Positions 48,752 to 59,142 of a stretch of DNA of 64,000 nt are shown in pieces. The position numbers and the translations under genes are program-made. The DNA is from Longimicrobiales bacterium. Its GTDB lineage: Bacteria > Gemmatimonadota > Gemmatimonadetes > Longimicrobiales > Gaopeijiaceae. Under the pieces are notes generated by a model. The model did not search any database. It was not told where the DNA came from and was given only the letters and a program-made list of their open reading frames with translations. The DNA lies in the NCBI GenBank assembly GCA_965248195.1, contig CBDFIQ010000002.1, positions 3,008,001 through 3,072,000 of the forward strand, in the 5' to 3' direction. The first letter of the stretch is position 1. Each line of letters starts with the position of its first letter.

Positions 48752-48781
48752 GGGGAGGGGCTTCGGCCTCTCCCCTTTGTT
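48752..48781 (+). terminator. Intrinsic terminator-like hairpin
   Basis: ggggagggg-cttcgg-cctctcccc followed by tttgtt. Confidence 0.6.
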
Positions 48782-48860
48782 GCACTGCCCGGATCGAAAT
48801 GCCGCACTGCTCGTGTGAGACCCTTGCCGCCGCGTACGTCTTAAACGCATGTTGTCCACC

Positions 48861-48950
48861 ATGTCCGACATGGCCGAGCGTCTCAACGCAGCCCTAGAAG
48901 GCCGCTACGCCATTGAGCGTGAGCTTGGCGACGGCGGGACGGTGATGTGA
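48861..48950 (+). pseudogene. 29-codon Ser/Thr kinase N-terminal stub MSDMAERLNAALEGRYAIERELGDGGTVM*
   Basis: 48894-48931 matches 49541-49578 at 37/38 nt. Confidence 0.8.
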
Positions 48951-51900
48951 CTGGCTCAAAGGAACGTCGCCTTCTCGCCGTGATGTTCACGGACGTGGTG
49001 GGCTACACGGCGTTGATGCAGCAGGACGAGGAAGCGGCCCGGATCATCCGGCGACGCCACAGAGAGGTGTTGGAGACAGCTGTTTCAGCGCACAGGGGTG
49101 ATCTTCTTCAGTATTTGGGCGATGGAAGCCTCACCATGTTCCCAAGTGTGGTCGATGCGGTACACGCCGCCATCGAGGTTCAACGCGGGCTCCGCCAGGA
49201 ACCCGTCGTCCCGTTACGAATCGGCATCCATCAGGGTGACATCTCCTACGATACCCAGGGGGCCTATGGCGACAGTGTAAACGTCGCCTCTCGAATCCAG
49301 TCACTGGGGACAGCCGGCAGCATCTTGGTCTCTGCCAAAGCTCGTGACGAGATCAAGAACCAGCCTGACATCACTACGACCCCGCTCGGTGAGTTCGAGC
49401 TAAAGAATGTCGAAGAGTCGTTGGAGGTTTACGGGATCGTTGCAGACGAGCTCACCGTCCCGACTCGCAGTGACGTTCTGACAAAGATTCGAGATGCACC
49501 TGCTACTGGGTTGAATGCCACCATCCGCCTGAACACGGCTCTAGAAGGCCGCTACGTCATTGAGCGTGAGCTTGGCGAGGGCGGCATGGCCACCGTCTAC
49601 CTGGCCGATGACCTGAAGCACCAGCGTAAAGTCGCGCTTAAGGTCTTGAAGCCCGAGTTGGCTGCGGTCGTCGGGGCCGAACGCTTCCTGGCCGAAATCA
49701 AGACGACGGCCAACCTGCAGCATCCGCACATCCTGCCGCTCTTCGATTCTGGCGAAGCCGACGGTTTTCTCTTCTATGTGATGCCCTACGTGGAAGGGGA
49801 GAGCCTGCGGGAGAGGCTTGACCGTGAACAGCAGCTTCCGGTGGACGAGGCGGTCAGGATCGTGACGAACGTGGCGGAGGCACTTGACTACGCTCACAGG
49901 CAAGGCGTAATCCACCGAGACATCAAGCCGGCGAATGTGCTCCTACAAGCAGGTAAGCCCGTAATCTCCGACTTCGGCATCGCGCTGGCCCTCAGCGCTG
50001 GAGGCGGGAGCAGGCTTACGGAGACGGGCCTCAGTCTCGGGACGCCGCACTACATGAGCCCGGAGCAGGCCACGGGCGATCAGCATGTGGGTCCGGCCAC
50101 GGACATCTACGCACTCGGCTGCGTGCTCTACGAAATGCTCGTGGGTGAGCCGCCATATACGGGAGGCACGGCGCAGGCGGTCCTGGGGAAGATCATAATA
50201 GGCACTGCGGACCCAGTGACTGAGAGCCGGGCGTCTGTCCCTCGGAATGTGGATGCGGCCATCCGGCGAGCTCTAGAGAAGGTACCTGCCGACCGCTTCG
50301 GCTCAGCGCAAGACTTCGCAGACGCCCTGGCCGATCCGGGGTTCCGGCATGGAGAGGACGCTCTTTCAGCGGTAGCAGCGAGTCCAGGTCCTTGGAGGGG
50401 ACTGTCGATGGCTCTTGGTGCGTTGGCTTTCCTGTTCGGCATCGTCGCTGCGTGGGCGTCTCTCCGGCCTGAGCCGCCCCAGCCGGTGTCCAGGCAGGTA
50501 CTGAGCACGGTGGGGTGGGCCGGTGTGGACCCCGCGTTCGGACAATATGCCGCCGTCGCCCCCGATGGATCGAGCATGATCCTCCCTGTCGGATCGCTGC
50601 CGACCGACGTCCAGCTTGGGCTCAAGATGCGGGGCTCTGCCGAAGTCATGCCCATCCCCGACACTGAGCGGGCCCGAGACGTTGTCTACTCCCCCGACGG
50701 CCAATGGATTGCCTACGTCGTAGGCACAGAGCTCTTGAAGAGGTCCCTTGTGGGCGGCTCTCCAGTGACACTGGCCGAGGACACGGACGTCCGCATTGTC
50801 GGGCTGGCATGGCTCGACGACGGGACCATCCTCTACGAGCAGTTCATCCCTGGGTCCGACCGGCCAGGGAGGATCGTACGGATCTCCGAGGCTGGAGGAG
50901 AGCCTTTGGAGGTGGTCTTTTGGCCCGAGGAAGGTCCGTTCGCGGCGGGGTGGGTGCACGGCCTTCCTGATGCCCGCGGGGCGCTTGTGATCGGCTGCTC
51001 CGGATTTTCCCTGTGTGGCACGCTGGATCGCGCCAATCTCTACGTGCTGGATCTGGAGGATCTCTCTTCCGAGCTCCTCTTAGAGCAGGTCGCCAGAGCG
51101 TGGTACGCACCTACGGGGCACATCGTCTACGTCAACGCGGACGGGGTTGTCTTTGCCCTACCGTTCGACCTCGGCGCACTCAGGCCTGCGGGAAGCGGAG
51201 TTCGTCTCTTCGAGGGCGTCCGCGTTTGTTTTCCCACTGACATGCTGCTGGGTGCTGATGGAACCCTACTCTACGTGGAGGGTGACTGCGCCCCCGAGGG
51301 AGCTTCCCAACTCGTCTGGGTGGATCGGTCCGGGCGCGAAGAGCCGGTGGACGCAAACATGCCTCTGCAACTGTACCGTACGCTCGCGCTGTCGCCCGAC
51401 GACCGACGGCTAGCTGTGACTTTTGAGACGGACAACCCCGCGGAACTGTGGGTGAAGGAGCTCCCCGATGGGCCCTTGGCCCGGCTGACCACTGATCCCC
51501 TCAACACGCGACGGCCGGTCTGGAGTATTGACGGCTCGACGATTGCCTACGTCGCAGCCTCGCCGCTGTCGACCCCCCACGTGCGGACCGTGCGCTCGGA
51601 CGGTGGGTCAGTGGGAGACTTCGAGCTGCTTCTCCAGCGCGAACGAGGCGTCCTCGAGATTCTACATACGCCCGACGGTCGGGGTCTGATTTTCCGCCAG
51701 GGAGATGCAAGCATCGGAGACGCAGATCTTGGGTTCGTGAATCTCGAGACTGGTACCATAGACGAGAGCCTCCTCGCTTCGGAGTTCAACGAGGCGGCCA
51801 TCGCCCTTTCGCCGGACGGAAGGTGGCTCGCATATGTATCCGACCTGACGGGACAGAACGAGGTGTTTGTGCGGCCCTTTCCTTCCCTTGGGAGTGGCAG

Positions 51901-52219
51901 GAGTCAGGTGTCGACGAACGGGGGCATCGAACCGGTCTGGGCCCACCACGGGCGCGAGCTCTTCTATCGGGAGCCCAACAGTGGCTCGATGATGGTCGCG
52001 ACCTACACTTCAGATCCGACCTTCGAGGTCGAAAGTCGGGAGCAGCTCTTCGACGCGGGGCCCTACGCGACGACAAATGGTTGGCGCGGATACGACGTAA
52101 CTAGCGACAATCAGCGCTTCGTAATGATACGGTCCCTCCCCGGCGAAGAGGCGGAAGCGGCTCGCCTGATCCTCGTCCAGAACTTCTTCGAGGAACTAGA
52201 GCGCCTGGTGCCCAATTGA
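48947..52219 (+). CDS. Class III adenylate/guanylate cyclase + Hanks-type Ser/Thr kinase + TM + PD40/TolB-like propeller
   Basis: VMFTDVVGYT, GDG, RIGIHQGD, GDSVNVASR; LGEGGMATVY, VALK, HRDIKPAN, DFG, GTPHYMSPEQ; SPDG repeats. Confidence 0.92.
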   Translation: MTGSKERRLLAVMFTDVVGYTALMQQDEEAARIIRRRHREVLETAVSAHRGDLLQYLGDGSLTMFPSVVDAVHAAIEVQRGLRQEPVVPLRIGIHQGDISYDTQGAYGDSVNVASRIQSLGTAGSILVSAKARDEIKNQPDITTTPLGEFELKNVEESLEVYGIVADELTVPTRSDVLTKIRDAPATGLNATIRLNTALEGRYVIERELGEGGMATVYLADDLKHQRKVALKVLKPELAAVVGAERFLAEIKTTANLQHPHILPLFDSGEADGFLFYVMPYVEGESLRERLDREQQLPVDEAVRIVTNVAEALDYAHRQGVIHRDIKPANVLLQAGKPVISDFGIALALSAGGGSRLTETGLSLGTPHYMSPEQATGDQHVGPATDIYALGCVLYEMLVGEPPYTGGTAQAVLGKIIIGTADPVTESRASVPRNVDAAIRRALEKVPADRFGSAQDFADALADPGFRHGEDALSAVAASPGPWRGLSMALGALAFLFGIVAAWASLRPEPPQPVSRQVLSTVGWAGVDPAFGQYAAVAPDGSSMILPVGSLPTDVQLGLKMRGSAEVMPIPDTERARDVVYSPDGQWIAYVVGTELLKRSLVGGSPVTLAEDTDVRIVGLAWLDDGTILYEQFIPGSDRPGRIVRISEAGGEPLEVVFWPEEGPFAAGWVHGLPDARGALVIGCSGFSLCGTLDRANLYVLDLEDLSSELLLEQVARAWYAPTGHIVYVNADGVVFALPFDLGALRPAGSGVRLFEGVRVCFPTDMLLGADGTLLYVEGDCAPEGASQLVWVDRSGREEPVDANMPLQLYRTLALSPDDRRLAVTFETDNPAELWVKELPDGPLARLTTDPLNTRRPVWSIDGSTIAYVAASPLSTPHVRTVRSDGGSVGDFELLLQRERGVLEILHTPDGRGLIFRQGDASIGDADLGFVNLETGTIDESLLASEFNEAAIALSPDGRWLAYVSDLTGQNEVFVRPFPSLGSGRSQVSTNGGIEPVWAHHGRELFYREPNSGSMMVATYTSDPTFEVESREQLFDAGPYATTNGWRGYDVTSDNQRFVMIRSLPGEEAEAARLILVQNFFEELERLVPN

Positions 52220-52379
52220 GGCTCAGATCCCCTGGCTTCGCGTCTTCGTGGAAGGCGTGGTGATCGTGGGCGGACTGGAGAACTAGCGGCCCCGCAGCAA
52301 TCGTAGCTGGGGCTCCTGCCATTGCAGCCGGCGGTCCGCACCCTGTTCATCCCTTAACTACGCCGAGCCGGCCCGGCTG

Positions 52380-52401
52380 TGTGTACGTTGTTGTGTACGT
52401 T
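52380..52401. repeat. Right 22-bp inverted repeat tgtgtacgttgttgtgtacgtt
   Basis: Perfect reverse complement of 48718-48739. Confidence 0.85.
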
Positions 52402-52469
52402 CAAGCTCGAAATGGCCGCAGAACCGAGATGGCCGTTTTTCGTTATGCCACGAAGCGAAGGTGAGAAGG

Positions 52470-53666
52470 CTAGCTGGACTCGAAGGCCACTCTGCGCTCG
52501 AGAAACCCCCGAACTTCACCCTCAGTGTAGCCCAATTCAGCTAGGACCTCGCCAGTGTGTTCACCCGCCGCGGGCGGCGGGCGGGTGCCTCGAGGCCTCT
52601 CACCGTCCACGCGCAGCGGCAAGGCGACGTCCTGGTAGTTGGAAACCTCAGGATGAGCGGCCATTGGGAGTAATCCGGCTTCAGCCACCTGGGGATGTGC
52701 GGCCACCTCTGCCATGTTCTGGATGGGCGAGCACGGAACCGCGTGGTCGTGCATGAGCTCGAGTAAATCCTCGGTGCTGTGACCCTTGGTTCGGCTTTCG
52801 AGAAGCTCGGAAAGCTCGTCTCGGTTCGCCACTCGGTCCGGATTGGTGAGAAAGCGGGGATCTTCACCCAGCTCGCTGAGCCCGAGGGCGTCGCACAGCC
52901 TCACGAAAATCCGGTCACTCCCGCCTGAGATCATCACGCTCCCATCGGCGGTCTGGAACGCCTGATACGGTACGATGGAGTCCATGGCCGACCCCATGGG
53001 GCCCGGCACGTCGCCCGTGGCGAAGTAGCCTATCATGTGATACGCCACCCACCCGACGGCTGTATCGAGGAGCGCCGCGTCCAGTTTGGCACCGCGGCCC
53101 GTCGCATCTCGGGTGCGTAGAGCACTGAGGATTGCGATCGTCGACCACATGCCGGTGCCGAAGTCCACCACGGATCCACCGACTCGGGCGGGCGGGGCCC
53201 CCGGATTGCCGGTCACCGACATGATCCCGGAAAAGGCCTGCATGAGTGGGTCATATCCCGGAAGCTCGCGCATCGGACCTCGGTCGCCGTACGCGCTGAT
53301 CGACAGATAGATGATGTCCTCTCGGAGCGCCCGGATCGTTTCGTAGTCATACTCCAATCGCTCCGGGACGCCGAAACGCGCCGACTGAACGAGGACGTCG
53401 GACTCGCCCGCGATCCGATGAAGGATCCCCCGCCCTTCCGGACTCTTGAGGTCTAGGATGATGCTTCGCTTGTTGCGGTTCGCCGACAAGAAAAGTGTGC
53501 TGTCGCTTCCCCAGAAGGGCGGTCCCCACGCTCTTCCAGGGTCACCGCCGGGCGCCTCCACCTTGATGACGTCCGCCCCGAGGTCTCCCAGGATTTGAGC
53601 GCACAGGGGTCCGGCGAGATTCTGGGTCAGATCGCAGACTCGTACGCCATGAAGGGAGGGAGTCAC
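52470..53666 (-). CDS. CaiB/BaiF family III CoA-transferase
   Basis: DLTQNLAGP, LGADVIKVE, NRNKRS..LDLK, GYD..QA.SG. Confidence 0.93.
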   Translation of the reverse strand: MTPSLHGVRVCDLTQNLAGPLCAQILGDLGADVIKVEAPGGDPGRAWGPPFWGSDSTLFLSANRNKRSIILDLKSPEGRGILHRIAGESDVLVQSARFGVPERLEYDYETIRALREDIIYLSISAYGDRGPMRELPGYDPLMQAFSGIMSVTGNPGAPPARVGGSVVDFGTGMWSTIAILSALRTRDATGRGAKLDAALLDTAVGWVAYHMIGYFATGDVPGPMGSAMDSIVPYQAFQTADGSVMISGGSDRIFVRLCDALGLSELGEDPRFLTNPDRVANRDELSELLESRTKGHSTEDLLELMHDHAVPCSPIQNMAEVAAHPQVAEAGLLPMAAHPEVSNYQDVALPLRVDGERPRGTRPPPAAGEHTGEVLAELGYTEGEVRGFLERRVAFESS

Positions 53667-53754
53667 GAAGTAACCTCAGACCTCTTCACAAAGAAAAGCC
53701 AGACGGAATCACGAAGCGACCTCAGGCGTCGTCATGAAGCAAACTCGGACAGAG

Positions 53755-54942
53755 TCACGAAGCAATCTCAAAAAGACCCGCTGCACCCATGCCTTTGGCA
53801 ACACACATCGTGCAAACTACGTATTTGGCTCCCCTACGTTTCCCCTCGATGAGGGCATGCCCGACCATTCGGGCGCCGCTCATGCCAAACGGATGGCCTA
53901 TGGAAATGGCACCACCGTTTACGTTCAAACGGTCGGGGGGAATGCCTAACTGATCCCGACAATAGACCGCCTGGGATGCGAAAGCTTCGTTGAGCTCCCA
54001 CAAGTCGATCTGCTCCATCGTCATACCGAACCGTTCCAGTAAACGCGGTACGGCATACACCGGCCCGATACCCATCTCATCAGGCTCACACCCGGCAACC
54101 GTATATCCCCGAAAAATCCCAAGGGGCTCGAGCCCGCGCCGTTCAGCCAGCGAAGAGTCCATCACGACACAAGCCGACGCACCATCGGAAAGCTGACTCG
54201 CATTCCCCGCGGTCACACTTTTCTCTTCACCAAGAACCGGTTTCAACGCCGCGAGCGCTGCCAAGGTCGTTTCGGGTCGGTTCCCCTCGTCCTTGGTCAG
54301 GGTCACCTCTTCGTAGGTCACCTCGTCGGTTTCCTTGTCGTAGATCTTCTTGATACTGGGCAAGAGAACGATTTCATCGTCGAATCGACCCTCGTCTTGG
54401 GCAGCAGACGTTTTCTGCTGGCTCTCCAATGCGAATTGGTCCTGGGCTTCACGGGAGATCTGGTATCGTTCGGCCACGACTTCGGCCGTTTCAAGCATTG
54501 AGTCATAAATGGAGGGTTTGTTCTCCAACAACCATTCGTTCTGTGCATAGGACTGATTTCTCTCTTCCCGTCCGGTGAGAGAGATCGATTCCAATCCGCC
54601 CGCCACCATGATGGGAACCCGATCGACAATCACCCGATGCGCCGCAGTCGCGATGGCTTGCATCCCCGACGAACAATCTCGTGAAATGACGGCCCCGGCA
54701 GCGCTAGCGGGCAATCCTGCCCGACATGCGGCTTGCCGACCGATATTGAACCCGGTCGCCCCTTCGGGTCCCCCACATCCAAGGATCACGTCCTCGACTT
54801 CTGTGGGGTCGACCCCGGCCCGTTCGACCGCATGCCGAATCACATGACCACCCAAGTCGGCACCATGAGTGTGATTGAAGGCACCTCGCTTGGCCCTTCC
54901 GATCGGTGTCCGTGCTGTAGACACGATGACGGCTTCTCTCAT
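53755..54942 (-). CDS. Acetyl-CoA C-acyltransferase (thiolase)
   Basis: [47 protein letters not shown]. Confidence 0.95.
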   Translation of the reverse strand: MREAVIVSTARTPIGRAKRGAFNHTHGADLGGHVIRHAVERAGVDPTEVEDVILGCGGPEGATGFNIGRQAACRAGLPASAAGAVISRDCSSGMQAIATAAHRVIVDRVPIMVAGGLESISLTGREERNQSYAQNEWLLENKPSIYDSMLETAEVVAERYQISREAQDQFALESQQKTSAAQDEGRFDDEIVLLPSIKKIYDKETDEVTYEEVTLTKDEGNRPETTLAALAALKPVLGEEKSVTAGNASQLSDGASACVVMDSSLAERRGLEPLGIFRGYTVAGCEPDEMGIGPVYAVPRLLERFGMTMEQIDLWELNEAFASQAVYCRDQLGIPPDRLNVNGGAISIGHPFGMSGARMVGHALIEGKRRGAKYVVCTMCVAKGMGAAGLFEIAS

Positions 54943-55006
54943 CCCACTTGCCTCTATGATTTGAACCCGGATCCGTCAGGAACTCATGCTGTAATCGGCC
55001 TGATAA

Positions 55007-57124
55007 CTAAGCGGCCACGTGGTCCTGTCGCACAAAATCCCGGAACGATTTTCCTTCCCTCGCGAGCTCGCGCAACAAAGGCGCGGGCTCGAGATCGGGG
55101 TCATCATACTCCTTCGAAAAGCGTTCCAAATCGTCCACGATCATCTTCAGTCCGATCTGATCCGCATAGTAGGTCAGCCCGCCCCGATAAGTAGGCCAAC
55201 CGTAGCCGTACACCCAGATCACGTCGATGGCGGCAGCTCGTAGCACAATGCCCTCATCCAATATTTGCGCCGCCTCGTTCACCATCGTGTAAAGCATTCG
55301 CCTCAGCATGTCGTCCTGAGAAATTTCCTTGCGAGTGATTCCCGCATTCTTGGAAACATCCCGGATGATTTGTTCTACCTCCGCATTGCGAATGGGCGTT
55401 CGGCTGCCATCCCTGTAATCGTAGAACCCTCCTCCCGTTTTCTGGCCCCGGCGACCACGCTTGCAGAGCTGGTGCCGAATATTCGTGTCTTTGTCGGGGG
55501 TCTCATCTCCCAACCAGCCGATATCCAAACCCGCTAGATCGCGCATCTCAAAGGGACCCATCGGAAAACCGAAATCGAAAACGACCCGGTCGATCTCATG
55601 GGGCATCGCGTTCTTCAGAAGCAGATCCTCGGATTGTCGCATGCGCGCGGAAAGAATCCGATTGCCCACGAATCCACGACACACTCCCACGACCACCGCA
55701 ACTTTGCCGATGTCTGTGCCCAGTTTCATGCACGTCGCGATCACTGTATTCGACGTCTGATCCCCTCGCACGATCTCCATCAGGCGCATGACGTTCGCCG
55801 GACTGAAAAAGTGCAGGCCTATCACGTCCTGCGGGCGAGACGTCACAGCCGCGATCTCGTTGATGTTCAGATAGGAGGTATTGGAAGCCAAGACACAGCC
55901 TGGTTTGCAAATGTTGTCGATCATCTCGAAAACCGACTTCTTGAGGTTCATGTCTTCAAAGACGGCTTCGACAACCAGGTCCACGTCGGATAGAGCTTGA
56001 TAGTCCAAAGATCCCGTCAGCAAGGCCATTCGCTGCTTCGCATCGTCTTCGGTAATCCGCCCCTTTTTGGCAGTGGTGGCATAGTTTCTTTCGATGATTC
56101 CGAGCCCACGATCTAAGGCCTCTTGGGTCGCTTCCAAGAGGGTGACCGGAATCCCCCGGTTGAGGAAATTCATCGAAATTCCGCCACCCATGGTCCCCGC
56201 ACCGATCACACCCACGCTCTTGATTTCACGGGTGGGTGTGTCTTTGGGGACATCGGGTATTTTCTTGGCCTGTCGCTCGGCAAAAAAGAAAAATTGTTGT
56301 GCCCTTGCCTCCGGACTGGTTTGGCACTCCTCGAATAACCGTCGCTCGTTTCGTAAGGCCTCGTCGAAGGGTAAACGAACAGCTGCTTCCACCGACTGGA
56401 TGATCGCTTCCGGAGCCTTGAATCCTCGGGTTTTTCGAGCGATGGATTTGCGAAAGTCATCAAAAATTGCGGGGTTTTCTCGGGCACTCTCCAGTTTTTC
56501 GTCGAGATCCCGAATCTTGACCAAGGATCTGTTCTCGCTGACCACTTTCTTGGCGAATGCGATTGCACCTGACAAGAGATCCCCTTCCACGATTTCATCC
56601 ACGAGGCCTCCGGCGAAGGCTTGTCTCGCCGAAATAGGATTTCCGGATGTCATCATTTCCAAGGCCTTTTGCACCCCCATCACCCGCGGAAGTCGAACCG
56701 TACCACCCGCCCCAGGGATGATCCCCAGCTTCACCTCGGGCAGCCCGAGTTTCGCCGAAGGCGCGGCCACTCGGTAATGACAACCCAGCGCCGTCTCCAG
56801 CCCACCGCCGAGCGCCGTCCCATGTATGGCCGCAATAACGGGCTTCGACGCCCCTTCGAACTCTTCAATCAAGCCGGTCGTCGTAGGCGCCTCGGGCACC
56901 TTCGGATTGGCGAATTCGGTGATGTCCATACCGGGGAAGAAGGTCCGCCCCTCACAATGAAGCACGATGGCCTGCGCGTTTTCGTCGCTTTGAGCCATCT
57001 CCAGACCGTCGACGAGTCCCTGCCGGACGTGGTAGCTCATGGCATTGACCGGAGGATTGTTCGAAATGAGGATGCCAACACCGTCTTTGAGGTCATAGGA
57101 AACGGATTGGCTCAACTCTTTCAT
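55007..57124 (-). CDS. Enoyl-CoA hydratase / 3-hydroxyacyl-CoA dehydrogenase (FadB-like)
   Basis: NPPVNA, ALGGGLE, GLPEVKLG; GAGTMGGG, EAVFED, ASNTS, HFFSPAN, GFVGNR. Confidence 0.95.
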   Translation of the reverse strand: MKELSQSVSYDLKDGVGILISNNPPVNAMSYHVRQGLVDGLEMAQSDENAQAIVLHCEGRTFFPGMDITEFANPKVPEAPTTTGLIEEFEGASKPVIAAIHGTALGGGLETALGCHYRVAAPSAKLGLPEVKLGIIPGAGGTVRLPRVMGVQKALEMMTSGNPISARQAFAGGLVDEIVEGDLLSGAIAFAKKVVSENRSLVKIRDLDEKLESARENPAIFDDFRKSIARKTRGFKAPEAIIQSVEAAVRLPFDEALRNERRLFEECQTSPEARAQQFFFFAERQAKKIPDVPKDTPTREIKSVGVIGAGTMGGGISMNFLNRGIPVTLLEATQEALDRGLGIIERNYATTAKKGRITEDDAKQRMALLTGSLDYQALSDVDLVVEAVFEDMNLKKSVFEMIDNICKPGCVLASNTSYLNINEIAAVTSRPQDVIGLHFFSPANVMRLMEIVRGDQTSNTVIATCMKLGTDIGKVAVVVGVCRGFVGNRILSARMRQSEDLLLKNAMPHEIDRVVFDFGFPMGPFEMRDLAGLDIGWLGDETPDKDTNIRHQLCKRGRRGQKTGGGFYDYRDGSRTPIRNAEVEQIIRDVSKNAGITRKEISQDDMLRRMLYTMVNEAAQILDEGIVLRAAAIDVIWVYGYGWPTYRGGLTYYADQIGLKMIVDDLERFSKEYDDPDLEPAPLLRELAREGKSFRDFVRQDHVAA

Positions 57125-57243
57125 TTGAATCCTTGGGAAACAAGCCGGGGGAGACCACCGCCAAAATATATGCGAACCCGCCAGCCGCTTGCTACTCAAT
57201 GACGACTCGCCCTGGAGAGTCTGAGACGCTTGTCGGCTCTTCA

Positions 57244-57331
57244 ATTCTTGCCAGCCCCCTCGTCGGGGCTCATGGTGTCGGTCCTTGTCACGTCTCCGCA
57301 AACGAGGGGAAATCATGATTCGGTCGGGACG
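57244..57331 (+). repeat. Promoter-RBS-N-terminus module, copy 2
   Basis: Similar to 41559-41657, including identical first 17 coding nt. Confidence 0.8.
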
Positions 57332-58250
57332 AGCAGGATTGCTAGTTCTCATAGCGTGGGGTCTGACACTCGCGTGTGCTCCGGCGGGCAGCGCGCAGCA
57401 GGCTGATGGTTACGCGCGTTCCAGCACGGGGACGCGGGTGCTGGAGCTCGCCAGCGGTACGGTGATCAAGATGTTGCTCGACGCGAGCAACCTCGGAAGT
57501 GACGAGATCGAGGTCGCGGAGATCACGTTCGCGGTGGGCCCGAGCCCGACTACCGGCCACCACCACGGCGCGATGGAGATCTTCTACATCGTCGAGGGGG
57601 TGCTCGGCCACGTGGTGAACGGAGTCGAGCATCGGCTCGATCCGGGCATGGCTGGCGTCGTGAAACCCAGTGACGAGATCATCCATCGCGTGCTGAGCGA
57701 CGTGCCGGTGAAGGCGCTCGTGCTCTGGGTACCGGGCAGCGAGGGGGACAGGATCGCTCCGTCGGATCGCTGGACGCGCGTGGGAGCGAGGCTCTCGGGC
57801 TCCCCTCTGACCGTGGCGGCGGGCGTCGAGGCTCAGGGCGACGAGGAGCGCGCGGTGATCGCCGCCGCCCAGGCCTTGTTCGACGCCATGGAGGATCTGG
57901 ATCCTGAGGCCTTACGGAACTCGATGGTTCCCGACGGATTCCTCCTGTCGGTCGGGCTCGAGACCACACGGCGGACCACCCGAGATGATTTCGCGGCCCG
58001 CGTCGCAGACCAGACGAGGCCCATGATCGAGCGCATGTGGGATCCGGAGGTCCGCATCGATGGGCCGGTCGCCACGCTCTGGGCACCCTATGACTTCTAC
58101 AGCGCTCTGGAGTTCAGCCACTGCGGAACCGACGCCTTCCAGCTGGCCAAGACACGGCAGGGCTGGAAGGTGGTCATGGTGAGCTACACGGTGCAGATGC
58201 CGCCGAGCTGCAGCACCCACCCCGACGGTCCCCCAGAACCTACTGATTAG
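57315..58250 (+). CDS. Secreted cupin domain + NTF2/SnoaL-like domain fusion
   Basis: HHHGAMEIFYIVEG...H cupin; ERMWDPEVRIDGPVATLWAPYDF...HCGTDAFQL...WK. Confidence 0.7.
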   Translation: MIRSGRAGLLVLIAWGLTLACAPAGSAQQADGYARSSTGTRVLELASGTVIKMLLDASNLGSDEIEVAEITFAVGPSPTTGHHHGAMEIFYIVEGVLGHVVNGVEHRLDPGMAGVVKPSDEIIHRVLSDVPVKALVLWVPGSEGDRIAPSDRWTRVGARLSGSPLTVAAGVEAQGDEERAVIAAAQALFDAMEDLDPEALRNSMVPDGFLLSVGLETTRRTTRDDFAARVADQTRPMIERMWDPEVRIDGPVATLWAPYDFYSALEFSHCGTDAFQLAKTRQGWKVVMVSYTVQMPPSCSTHPDGPPEPTD

Positions 58251-58371
58251 TGGACCTGGTAGCTCATGGTATTAACCGGAGGATGCGGAGCACTAGGGTA
58301 CTTGCCACTCCACACTCCTTAGACGCATCTTGTGTTCCATGTTCGATTTAGCGTCGCGCCCAAACCCCGCT

Positions 58372-59133
58372 ATGAGGGTTCTCGCCGGTGTGTCCCTGCT
58401 CGCGTCGGCGGCGCTCGTTTCGGGAGCGCCCGGCACACAGCTGTTTGCCCAGACTCAAGCGGCTCCCCGAGTGACTGAGACCGTCTTCAAGCTGTCCGGC
58501 GGAGAGGAGATGCTGTACGGGATCTCACTCCCCGCTGGGTACGACAGCGAATCCAATGACCCGCGCCCCTTGATCCTCGCCCTGCACCCCGGCGGTCGAG
58601 CTCCGTATTACGGAAGCAACTTCATGCGGCAGATCGTCGAACCGGCGTTGCGCGGCTGGGGGGCGGTGATCATAGCACCCGACGTTCCAGCACGGAATTG
58701 GGCGAACGAGGACTCGGAACAGGCAGTCCTGGCCCTCCTGGACGACGTGCTCGAGAATCACACCATCGACCGCGCGCGAATCCTCGTCACGGGCTTCAGC
58801 ATGGGCGGTCGGGGCACGTGGTACATGGCAACTCGTCACGCCGACCTCTTCACCGGCGCCATCCCGGTTGCGGCGTCTCGAGGGGACGATTCGCTGGATG
58901 GCCTCGGGGCTATGCCGGTTTTCATCATTCATAGTCCGGACGACGAAGTCGTCCCATATGGGCCCGCCGAGGAAACCGCCGAGCTCCTCGCGGAGCGGGG
59001 TCATCCGGTGCAGATGACACGGCTCGCAGGGGCCAGTCATTACATGATGGGAGACTACGTCGCTCCCTTGCAGGCCGCGGGGGATTGGATGAAGGAGCGA
59101 TGGCAAGCCGGACAGGTCGAGGTCGGTAGGTAG
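58372..59133 (+). CDS. Secreted alpha/beta hydrolase (carboxylesterase/peptidase-like)
   Basis: PLILALH, GFSMGG nucleophile elbow, HSPDDEVVP, terminal His. Confidence 0.85.
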   Translation: MRVLAGVSLLASAALVSGAPGTQLFAQTQAAPRVTETVFKLSGGEEMLYGISLPAGYDSESNDPRPLILALHPGGRAPYYGSNFMRQIVEPALRGWGAVIIAPDVPARNWANEDSEQAVLALLDDVLENHTIDRARILVTGFSMGGRGTWYMATRHADLFTGAIPVAASRGDDSLDGLGAMPVFIIHSPDDEVVPYGPAEETAELLAERGHPVQMTRLAGASHYMMGDYVAPLQAAGDWMKERWQAGQVEVGR

Positions 59134-59142
59134 GGGGGCCTC

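Noticed and set aside
48595..48860. tRNA or tRNA-fragment integration site next to the inverted repeat
   Set aside because: No cloverleaf or TTCGAnTC...CCA 3' end could be identified
52426..52453. Second dif-like site (ttatgccacga)
   Set aside because: Weak XerD arm and no XerC-like arm
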